Shown here: positions 1 through 7,224 of the stretch, one piece after another | Numbering within the stretch: position 1 is the first letter of the stretch | Layout of the letters: the number at the start of each line of letters is the position of its first letter | Origin: Flavobacteriaceae bacterium | GTDB lineage: Bacteria > Bacteroidota > Bacteroidia > Flavobacteriales > Flavobacteriaceae | NCBI GenBank assembly: GCA_965224465.1 | Contig: OZ245049.1 | Location: 900,001 to 932,000, forward strand | DNA: 32,000 nucleotides | Direction: 5' to 3' | Notes under the pieces: model-generated | Seen by the model: the letters and a program-made list of their open reading frames with translations, nothing else | The model's database searches: none | Told to the model about the DNA's origin: nothing | Translations under genes and position numbers: made by a program

Positions 1-491
1 GTTGCAGTGTAAGCGCACACCACTTGTGTATTACAGATGATGAATTACAGCATTTTGACAGCCGTACAAAAGTAAGACCTCCCTTGAGAACTCAGACAGA
101 TATTGATGCACTGATCCAAGGATTAAAAGATGGCACCATAGATATGATTACCAGTGATCATCAACCAATTACTATTGAAGATAAAAAAGTAGAATTTCAA
201 AACGCAAAATACGGAACAATAGGTCTCGAAAGTATATTTGGCGCTTTAAATACTGTTTTGGATATTGTTTTAATTATAGAAAAACTAACGGCTACATCGC
301 GTTTTTCTATACAAACACAAAGCATTGATATAGGCAACAAAGCGGACCTTACACTTTTTAGCCCATCTCCTAGTTGGATCTTTACAAAGAAAAACATTAT
401 TTCTACATCTAAAAATTCGATTTTTTTAAATAAAAAATTAAAAGGGTTGGTCTATGGTGTGCTTGCAAATGGACTATTAGTCCAAAATTAA
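1..491 (+). CDS. pyrC: dihydroorotase (amidohydrolase family), C-terminal part; the 5' end lies outside the window and the frame runs from nt 3
   Basis: The frame of ORF 24..491 stays open back to the window edge (..SVSAHHLCITDDEL..). The SDHQP and GTIGLES motifs and the C-terminal tail are typical of class I bacterial dihydroorotases. Stop TAA at 489-491. Confidence 0.75.
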   Translation, partial: CSVSAHHLCITDDELQHFDSRTKVRPPLRTQTDIDALIQGLKDGTIDMITSDHQPITIEDKKVEFQNAKYGTIGLESIFGALNTVLDIVLIIEKLTATSRFSIQTQSIDIGNKADLTLFSPSPSWIFTKKNIISTSKNSIFLNKKLKGLVYGVLANGLLVQN

Positions 492-533
492 AATTGTATA
501 TTAACTGCTTAAACTAACTTAATAAAAACGATC

Positions 534-860
534 ATGAATACACAAAACGTCGAAGAAGGAAAAACCATCGCAATCATTAGCTATTTAACCTGGATTGGAA
601 CACTGATTGCTTTTTTTATGAACAATTCTAAAAAGAACAGCTTCGCTTCTTTTCACATACGCCAAATGATAGGTCTTATTGTTTTACAATTCGGTGTTAG
701 TCTTATAGGAAATCTTGTTGGTTTAGGCATGGTTGAATGGGCCATTCATCTATTTCTACTTATTCTCTGGGGTTATGGTTTTATTGGATGTATTAATGGA
801 AAAGAGAAGAAAATACCATTGCTAGGTGATCTATTCCAAGATTGGTTCAAAGGAATCTAA
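534..860 (+). CDS. small integral membrane protein, DUF4870-like
   Basis: ATG ORF of 108 aa with about three hydrophobic helices. The N-terminus EGKTIAIISYLTWIGTLIAFFMN resembles DUF4870 proteins of Bacteroidota. A strong terminator follows. Confidence 0.7.
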   Translation: MNTQNVEEGKTIAIISYLTWIGTLIAFFMNNSKKNSFASFHIRQMIGLIVLQFGVSLIGNLVGLGMVEWAIHLFLLILWGYGFIGCINGKEKKIPLLGDLFQDWFKGI

Positions 861-888
861 AAAATTAACAGATAAATACTATTTTTGA

Positions 889-914
889 AGTCGCACCTAC
901 TGTGCGACTTTTTT
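889..914 (+). terminator. rho-independent terminator
   Basis: Perfect 8-bp stem AGTCGCAC (889-896) / GTGCGACT (902-909), 5-nt loop, then a T-run at 909-914. Confidence 0.85.
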
Positions 915-924
915 ACATATAATT

Positions 925-1581
925 ATGAGCAAATTAGCATTAGAATATATAGTACGAGAACCTAAAGTGAAGGTTAAAAACCAACCTCTATTATTTATGT
1001 TTCATGGATATGGGAGTAACGAACAGGATTTGTTTTCCTTCGCCGATGAGTTGCCGGACGAATTATTAATTATAAGTGCACAAGCTCCAATGTTTTTAGG
1101 AATGGGAGCTTACGCTTGGTACACCATCCATTTTGACAGTGCTGACGGTAAATTTTCTGACATTCCAGAAGCCATAAAAGCACGAGAACTTATAGGAACA
1201 TTTATCAGTCAAATTCAAGAGCAATACAATTGCGCCCCTAAAAACACTTTTTTATTTGGATTTAGTCAAGGAACTATCTTGGGTTATTCCATTGCATTGA
1301 ATTATCCAGAAAAGATAAAAAACATTATTGCTTTAAGCGGGCATATCAACACCGATTTACTACCTGAAGATATAGAAACAAAAAACTATGAACATCTAGA
1401 TTTCTTTATTTCACATGGGAGTGTAGACCAAGTAATACCTGTAACATGGGCAAATAAAGCTCCTGCATTTTTAAAACAATTAAACATCAAACATTCCTAT
1501 AAAGAATACCCTGTAGGACACGGCATAGCACCACAAAATTTTCATGATTTAAAACAATGGATCATAGACAGGTTGAATTAA
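925..1581 (+). CDS. alpha/beta hydrolase, phospholipase/carboxylesterase family
   Basis: 218 aa with a GFSQG nucleophile elbow (GxSxG), HGxxD and a C-terminal GHG(I) consistent with a Ser-Asp-His triad. The FMFHGYGSNEQDL N-terminal region is typical of the family. Confidence 0.85.
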   Translation: MSKLALEYIVREPKVKVKNQPLLFMFHGYGSNEQDLFSFADELPDELLIISAQAPMFLGMGAYAWYTIHFDSADGKFSDIPEAIKARELIGTFISQIQEQYNCAPKNTFLFGFSQGTILGYSIALNYPEKIKNIIALSGHINTDLLPEDIETKNYEHLDFFISHGSVDQVIPVTWANKAPAFLKQLNIKHSYKEYPVGHGIAPQNFHDLKQWIIDRLN

Positions 1582-1656
1582 AAACAAGGGATTTAGAGCG
1601 CTAAACCTCTGATTAATAAATTACAAAAAAAAATTGGGGCAACCATAGAAACAATG

Positions 1657-1664
1657 TATCTTTG
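1657..1664 (+). promoter_or_regulatory. Bacteroidota-type -7 promoter box (TATCTTTG)
   Basis: Exact match to the TAnnTTTG consensus, 20 nt upstream of the ATG at 1684. It lies downstream of the alternative ATG at 1654, which argues for 1684 as the real start. Confidence 0.5.
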
Positions 1665-1683
1665 CCCCACAAAAACGAGAACA

Positions 1684-2616
1684 ATGAACAACGGATTATA
1701 CGCAAAATTTAACACCTCTAAAGGTGCTATTATAGTAAACTTAGAATTTGAAAAGACTCCTGGAACAGTTGGTAACTTTGTTGCTTTAGCTGAAGGAAAC
1801 ATGGAAAACAAGGTTAAGGAGCAAGGAACTCCTTTTTATGACGGTTTAAATTTTCACAGAGTAATCGCTGACTTTATGATCCAAGGTGGATGTCCACAAG
1901 GATCTGGAATGGGAGACCCTGGTTATAAATTTGCTGATGAATTTCACGCTGATTTAAAACACAACCGTCCTGGAATTTTATCAATGGCCAACTCTGGACC
2001 TGGATCTAACGGAAGTCAATTTTATATTACACACATAGAAACTCCATGGTTGGATAACAAGCATACCGTTTTTGGAAATGTTGTAGAAGGAATGGACATT
2101 GTAAATAGCATTGCTCAAGACGATACCTTAGAATCTTTAGAGATTATAAAAGTTGGAGCAGAAGCAGAAGCATTTAATGCTATTGAAGCTTTCAGATCTT
2201 TTGAAGGAGGCCGTTTAAACGCCGAAGCAGATGCTAAAAAAGAACAAGAAGCTTTGCTAGAAAAAGAAAGCGCTGGATATGATGTAACTCCAAGTGGATT
2301 GCGATACAAAGTATTACAAGCAGGAACAGGTGCACAAGCAGCTAAGAACAAAACCGTTTCTGTACATTACAAAGGGCAATTATTAGACGGTACTGTATTT
2401 GATTCTTCTTACGACCGCAAACAACCAATTGACTTTAAATTAGGAATTGGTCAAGTAATTGCAGGATGGGATGAAGGAATTCAACTATTAAAAGTAGGAG
2501 ACAAAGCACGTTTTGTAATCCCTTCTGAATTAGCTTATGGAGCACAAGGAGCTGGTGGAGCAATACCTCCAAACGCTATCCTTATTTTTGACGTAGAATT
2601 GATGGACGTTAAATAA
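1684..2616 (+). CDS. bifunctional peptidyl-prolyl cis-trans isomerase: N-terminal cyclophilin domain fused to a C-terminal FKBP domain
   Basis: The N-terminal half has the cyclophilin signatures FHRVIADFMIQGG and SMANSGPGSNGSQFYITH. The C-terminal about 95 aa has the FKBP signature VSVHYKGQLLDGTVFDSSYDR..GIGQVIAGWDEG..IPPNAILIFDVEL. An Ala/Glu-rich linker sits between them. Start moved from 1654 to 1684 (MNNGLYAKF). Confidence 0.9.
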   Translation: MNNGLYAKFNTSKGAIIVNLEFEKTPGTVGNFVALAEGNMENKVKEQGTPFYDGLNFHRVIADFMIQGGCPQGSGMGDPGYKFADEFHADLKHNRPGILSMANSGPGSNGSQFYITHIETPWLDNKHTVFGNVVEGMDIVNSIAQDDTLESLEIIKVGAEAEAFNAIEAFRSFEGGRLNAEADAKKEQEALLEKESAGYDVTPSGLRYKVLQAGTGAQAAKNKTVSVHYKGQLLDGTVFDSSYDRKQPIDFKLGIGQVIAGWDEGIQLLKVGDKARFVIPSELAYGAQGAGGAIPPNAILIFDVELMDVK

Positions 2617-2627
2617 AAAACAATAAC

Positions 2628-2682
2628 CTCGTCCCAAAGGGCACGAGAGACTAAAAAAAGCCCGCTATATGCGGGCTTTTTT
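2628..2682 (+). terminator. two tandem hairpins; the second is a canonical rho-independent terminator
   Basis: Hairpin 1 is CTCGTCCC-AAAG-GGCACGAG at 2628-2647 with one mismatch. Hairpin 2 is AGCCCGC (2659-2665) / GCGGGCT (2671-2677), preceded by an A-run and followed by a T-run to 2682. Confidence 0.85.
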
Positions 2683-2940
2683 ATTGATGATACATTCCTT
2701 AAGTTTTACAATTTAATTACCTAATACCCTGCAAGTTCCCCTCGCCTAAAAACAAACAACCCTGCACTACAAGAACAGAAGTTTAGAGACTAAGGAATAA
2801 AAACCATTTCGATCCTTTAATATAAAACTCTAATTATCTGAATGTAGCTTTTCAATAATACTGTACTAGGTAATCATTTCGTAATTCACTTGTACTATTA
2901 CCAGTACTCCAAGCTCCATTTCACTAGCCCAAAAACAACA

Positions 2941-3051
2941 ACCAATTACAATCCAAAATGATCGATATAAATAGGTTGTTTTACGTTATAGCGTTGTTAA
3001 AAAACAGAATAATTACATTTCTAAACTGTCACTTGGAAATATATTTGGTAT
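2941..3051 (+). repeat. intergenic mosaic repeat, short form (modules M1-M3, 111 nt)
   Basis: Aligns with 26013-26171 minus an exact 48-nt internal segment (M2). It starts ACCAATTACAATCC and ends ATATATTTGGTAT. Confidence 0.9.
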
Positions 3052-3353
3052 AATTCAACTCTTTTATTTACAAACAATAAGCGTATATCATGAAACATGA
3101 TCAATCAGAATTTTTAAATCACTAATGGTGACAATCAAGAAAAGTATTGCATTCTAAGAAATGTATCTCCTCATTTTACGCATACATTTACAGTAAAAAC
3201 AAATCCCAATATCTAATGGTAATAACTCTTAGAAAACAAACGTGGTAGCATGCCTTTATAAAAAGTGAGACTCCTACTAAACTTCCGTAACAAAATTTGT
3301 TTTCTATCGTCTAATTGGTATCTTATAAAATTATCAACTTTAAAACCATTTAT

Positions 3354-4043
3354 ATGTTTAAAAATAGGTTGTTCTTTTTCGCAACTATTTGCTTCCTGAA
3401 CCTTATCACCTCCTGTAGTAATCCAGAATTATCAGCAGATTTTATTTCCAAAACTGAAGGTCGGTATTTATTAAACGCTGATGAATTTATTGAAGTATCC
3501 TATGTAGACAAGGAAATACGGCTTAACTGGGGAGGTTTAAAAAACATTAAGGCAATCCAAATGAATCTCAGCGATTTTTACATCAAAGAAATCAATCAAA
3601 AAATAGAATTTAATCTTCTAGATACACCTATAAATATTCGGGTATTAAAAAAATCAAAGACCGATAGTATTCCTGAAATCTATAAAAAAATACCAAGTAG
3701 TTATAAGTTTGCCTTCGAATATATGGATGCTGGAAATTATGAAAAAGCTGTTGAAATCTATTTAGATATTCAAAAACAAGACAGCCTTAGTCCTATTATT
3801 AATGAAAATATGTGGAATAAAAAAGGCTATCAAAATTTACGTAATAACGCCAACCAAAAAGCTATCCTATGTTTTAAAATAAATGTTGCCTTATATCCCA
3901 AAAGTTATAACGTATACGATAGTCTAGGAGAAGCTTATCTAAAAAAAGGAGACACAGCTTTAGCATTGGTAAATTACAAAATGGCACTTAAAATAAATCC
4001 ATCAATGAGAAGTGCTAAAAAGACAATCAAAAAACTGCAATAA
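3354..4043 (+). CDS. TPR-repeat lipoprotein
   Basis: MFKNRLFFFATICFLNLITSC is a signal peptide with a lipobox Cys. The C-terminal part has TPR-like repeats (YEKAVEIYLD.., YNVYDSLGEAYLKKGDTALALVNYKMALKINP). ATG 3354 is preferred over the TTG at 3315. Confidence 0.65.
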   Translation: MFKNRLFFFATICFLNLITSCSNPELSADFISKTEGRYLLNADEFIEVSYVDKEIRLNWGGLKNIKAIQMNLSDFYIKEINQKIEFNLLDTPINIRVLKKSKTDSIPEIYKKIPSSYKFAFEYMDAGNYEKAVEIYLDIQKQDSLSPIINENMWNKKGYQNLRNNANQKAILCFKINVALYPKSYNVYDSLGEAYLKKGDTALALVNYKMALKINPSMRSAKKTIKKLQ

Positions 4044-4044
4044 A

Positions 4045-4587
4045 ATGACAGACCTAGAATCCCTAAGGTATCCTATTGGGAAACCACAGATTCCATGTAC
4101 TATAACTCCCTCAGATCTAAGATCATGGATTGCTATTATAGAAGAATTTCCTGAAAAACTACAAGGACTTACAAAGAAATTGAATAACAAACAATTGGAC
4201 ACACCTTATAGAAAAGGAGGATGGACAATTCGCCAAGTAATACACCATTGTTATGACAGTCATCACAACAGTTATACTCGTTTTAAATGGGCCTTAACAG
4301 AACTAAACCCACTTATAAAAGTATATGACGAAAAAAAATGGGCGGAACTTTTTGATACAAAACATGCACCCATCCAACTTTCCATAAATAGTTTAATTGC
4401 ATTGCACGCAAAATGGAGCTATCTGTTAAAAGGGATGAGTCCTATGGATTTTAATAAAAAATTTAAGCACCCAGACGGAAACGAGCAAGTATCATTGGCT
4501 GAAAACACAGGAATTTACGCATGGCATTGCGAACATCATTTTACACATATTTCAAATTTAATGACAGCAAATCACTGGAAAACTTGA
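4045..4587 (+). CDS. DinB/YfiT-family metal-dependent hydrolase (putative bacillithiol transferase family)
   Basis: LRYPIGK.., TPYRKGGWTIRQVIHHCYDSHHNSYTRFKWALTE and YAWHCEHHFTHI are the His-rich YfiT/DinB signatures. The ATG at 4045 lies 1 nt after the upstream stop (4041-4043). Confidence 0.85.
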   Translation: MTDLESLRYPIGKPQIPCTITPSDLRSWIAIIEEFPEKLQGLTKKLNNKQLDTPYRKGGWTIRQVIHHCYDSHHNSYTRFKWALTELNPLIKVYDEKKWAELFDTKHAPIQLSINSLIALHAKWSYLLKGMSPMDFNKKFKHPDGNEQVSLAENTGIYAWHCEHHFTHISNLMTANHWKT

Positions 4588-4592
4588 ATATT

Positions 4593-4700
4593 ATACTTAT
4601 TACAATCCAAAATAACCGATACAAACAGGTTGTTTTACGATCTAACGTCATTAAAAACAAAACGATAGCTAAGGCTATCCTTAGATTTTCCACCTAGCTA
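4593..4700 (+). repeat. intergenic mosaic repeat, modules M1-M2 (diverged copy)
   Basis: ATACTTATTACAATCCAAAATAACCGAT...GATAGCTAAGGCTATCC...CACCTAGCTA starts 6 nt after the stop codon of the upstream gene. Confidence 0.85.
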
Positions 4701-4863
4701 TACTAACAATTAAAATCCAAAATGACCGATATAAATAGTTTATTTTACGTGCTAGCGTTGTTGAAAAACAGAACGATAGCTAAGGCTATCCTTATATTTT
4801 CCGCCTAGCTAGAACAAAAAATAATTGCATTCCTAAACTGGCTCTTGGAAATGTATTTGGTAT
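4701..4863 (+). repeat. intergenic mosaic repeat, full form (M1-M2-M3)
   Basis: 4714-4826 matches 26024-26136 at 111 of 113 positions, counted by eye. It ends ATGTATTTGGTAT. Confidence 0.95.
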
Positions 4864-4939
4864 AGATCCCGAAACACAACATGTATTTTCGAAATAATAT
4901 TTCTTGTTTTGACTCATTATCTCCCCCCTTAACAAGGAA

Positions 4940-6553
4940 TTAAACCACGGGTTTCTCCGCAATCATTTCCTTAAACCCCACGTTTGTATTCCCTTTTTTT
5001 TCTGAAACATGACTCATTGCATATTCACTCAAAGCTGTAATAGTTAAACTAGGATTCACCCCTAAATTACACGGGATAATAGAGGCGTCAATTATTTTCA
5101 TATTAGGATAATTAAACACATTAAAATACGGATCAACTGTTCCTTTTGAAGCATCTATCCCCATTGGACAACCTCCAATTATATGTGCAGTACTACTCAT
5201 ATTAAAACCTATTTCTGTAATAGCATTCACTCCAAAACCATTTACTTTTTTAGCATACTTATGCATCACTTTTTGACCGATTGGTATATAGGCAGGTACT
5301 CTTATTTTCCCCTTATTGGATTCTATCCTTAACCCACTACCAAACAGCCCTTTTTTCCAGGTCATTTTTAAAGCATTGTCCAAAGACTGCATGACCAATA
5401 GAATTACAGAGTTTTCTGCCAATTTACTTCCAAAAATCAACCTAAGAAAACGCAATGGATGCTTGACTACTTCTACAGGAAACTTTAATAAACGCAGCCA
5501 TGGAATGGCAGAATCTACAGCCAAACTCCCCATTTTCACCATAGAACTAGAACCGTTAGGAAACTTCACCAATTCTATATGCGTATGATCATCGGGATTA
5601 AATACAGCACTGATAGCAACCCCGTTATTCAATTTTATATCTTTACTTACAACTCCTATTAAGGATTCCGAATTGGTCCGTAAGTTTTCTCCCAGAGTCT
5701 CGGATAACTTTGGAAGTGTCTTATAGGTATATTTTTGTTTAAACAATAAGTCTAAAGTTCCCAAAACACCCCCACTAAAAATAATCCCTTTGGTCTTAAA
5801 CTGTTTTTCATCCTGCTTAAAATACCTTGTACTGCGATATGTTCCAACAGTATATACTTTAGACGCCTCATCAAAACATATTTTATCCACCATGGTTTCA
5901 GCTTTAATCTCAGCTCCGTATACCTGCGCAAAATGCAAATAATTTTTATCTAAGGTGTTTTTCGCATTTTCTCTACACCCCACCATACAACCAGCACATT
6001 CGGTACATCCTTTCCTCAAAGGACCATGCCCGTTAAAATAAGGATCGGTCTCCAACTTAGTATCTCCATAATACACTCCAACAGCAACTCTTGCATAGGA
6101 ATCTTTTCTCCCCATATCCTCCGCTACTTCCTTCAATAATTGATCTTCTATATTATTTGTCTTGGCAGGCGTACTCCCCAACATAAAGTTAGCTGTTTTA
6201 TAAAATGGTTTCAAAACAGTTTCCCAATCTTTAAAATCACACCAAGCAGGATTTGTAAAAAAAGATTTTGGAGGTTTCATGTGTGTATTGGCATATACCA
6301 AACTACCCCCTCCTACTCCAACACCACTCAAAATAAATACTTTTTTAAAAAAAGACAACTTTTGAAACCCAAAACACTTGATCAAAGGCATCCAGAGGTA
6401 CTTTCTAATATTCCAATTTGTTTTAGGGAAATCGGTGGTTTTAAAATGCCTTCCTTTTTCCAATATTAAGACTTTATATCCTTTTTCAGAAAGCCTCATG
6501 GCGGATACACTTCCTCCAAAACCAGACCCCACAATAATATAATCATACACCAT
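4940..6553 (-). CDS. GMC-family FAD-dependent oxidoreductase (cholesterol oxidase-like)
   Basis: The N-terminal Rossmann motif YDYIIVGSGFGGSVSAMRLSEKGYKVLILEKG and the C-terminal GGCPMG..NxxVIDASIIP region are typical of GMC oxidoreductases. The start is set at ATG 6553 (MVYDYIIVGSG) rather than 6655. Confidence 0.85.
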   Translation of the reverse strand: MVYDYIIVGSGFGGSVSAMRLSEKGYKVLILEKGRHFKTTDFPKTNWNIRKYLWMPLIKCFGFQKLSFFKKVFILSGVGVGGGSLVYANTHMKPPKSFFTNPAWCDFKDWETVLKPFYKTANFMLGSTPAKTNNIEDQLLKEVAEDMGRKDSYARVAVGVYYGDTKLETDPYFNGHGPLRKGCTECAGCMVGCRENAKNTLDKNYLHFAQVYGAEIKAETMVDKICFDEASKVYTVGTYRSTRYFKQDEKQFKTKGIIFSGGVLGTLDLLFKQKYTYKTLPKLSETLGENLRTNSESLIGVVSKDIKLNNGVAISAVFNPDDHTHIELVKFPNGSSSMVKMGSLAVDSAIPWLRLLKFPVEVVKHPLRFLRLIFGSKLAENSVILLVMQSLDNALKMTWKKGLFGSGLRIESNKGKIRVPAYIPIGQKVMHKYAKKVNGFGVNAITEIGFNMSSTAHIIGGCPMGIDASKGTVDPYFNVFNYPNMKIIDASIIPCNLGVNPSLTITALSEYAMSHVSEKKGNTNVGFKEMIAEKPVV

Positions 6554-6756
6554 ATTTGTTCCTCTTGATTTAATTTGACAGTATTTACACCAATTATAAG
6601 TTCCAAATATAGGAATTCCAATAAAAAAATACGCCACTAATTCATTATAAATCAAGTATTAAAACTTTTTTTGTATATTTCGATTCTAGTTATTCAAGAA
6701 ATTGAATACAAATAAACTACCTACTAATTAAAAATTAACTTTTAAAAACACCACAA

Positions 6757-7215
6757 ATGAGAACAACTGAGCAATGGTTTGACGAATATGCAGTAAGTCA
6801 TCAAAACACCACAAATAAATCCATTCATTATATCTGTGTTCCAGCTATATTTTTTAGTATAATAGGACTTCTAATGAGCATACCTAATACATTTTTTACA
6901 CATACAACAGGACTAGACAATCCACTCTATATCAACTGGGCAGTTGTTCTCCTGATCCCTTTAATGCTATTTTACTTAAAACTATCCTTTAAAATTTTTC
7001 TGCAAATGCTCTTGTTTTCATTCGTTTGTATCACAGCAAATTACTATATTGGGCTCGATTTTCCCTTATTCACCTTTTCAATCATCACTTTTGCATTGGC
7101 TTGGATAGGGCAATTCTACGGACATCATATAGAAGGTAAAAAACCGTCTTTTCTTAAAGATTTACAATTTCTTTTTATTGGTCCTGCTTGGGTATTTAAA
7201 AAAATGTTTTCATAA
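6757..7215 (+). CDS. Mpo1-like / DUF962 membrane protein
   Basis: EQWFDEYAVSHQNTTNKSIHYICVPAIFF and GHHIEGKKPSF match the conserved His-containing DUF962 (yeast Mpo1/YGL010w-like) motifs. There are four hydrophobic segments. Confidence 0.75.
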   Translation: MRTTEQWFDEYAVSHQNTTNKSIHYICVPAIFFSIIGLLMSIPNTFFTHTTGLDNPLYINWAVVLLIPLMLFYLKLSFKIFLQMLLFSFVCITANYYIGLDFPLFTFSIITFALAWIGQFYGHHIEGKKPSFLKDLQFLFIGPAWVFKKMFS

Positions 7216-7224
7216 AATAAAAAA

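Noticed and set aside
2631-2645. A shared motif, TCCCAAAGG(G)CAC, immediately after two plus-strand stop codons (2632-2644 and 21652-21663).
   Set aside because: There are only two occurrences and about 12 nt of similarity. Each is part of a different local hairpin, so this is most likely coincidence.
3313-3322. An isolated TAATTGGTAT, the M3 terminal motif, just upstream of the TPR lipoprotein gene.
   Set aside because: A 10-nt match in AT-rich DNA with no flanking similarity to M3 cannot be distinguished from chance.
2683-3353. Possible tRNA, tmRNA, RNase P RNA or riboswitch in the long ORF-free gaps (2683-3353, 8923-9206, 25814-26371, 30948-31284).
   Set aside because: By eye I found no T-arm GTTCGAATC-like or acceptor-stem patterns, no GAGGAAAGTCC RNase P core and no tmRNA tag region. 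These gaps are explained by repeats and promoters. A covariance-model scan would be needed to exclude weaker RNA families.
6585-6625. CACCAATTATAAGTTCCAAATATAGG, upstream of the GMC oxidoreductase start, loosely resembles the M1 left end.
   Set aside because: The similarity needs several gaps and is short. Without a formal alignment score I do not count it as a repeat copy.
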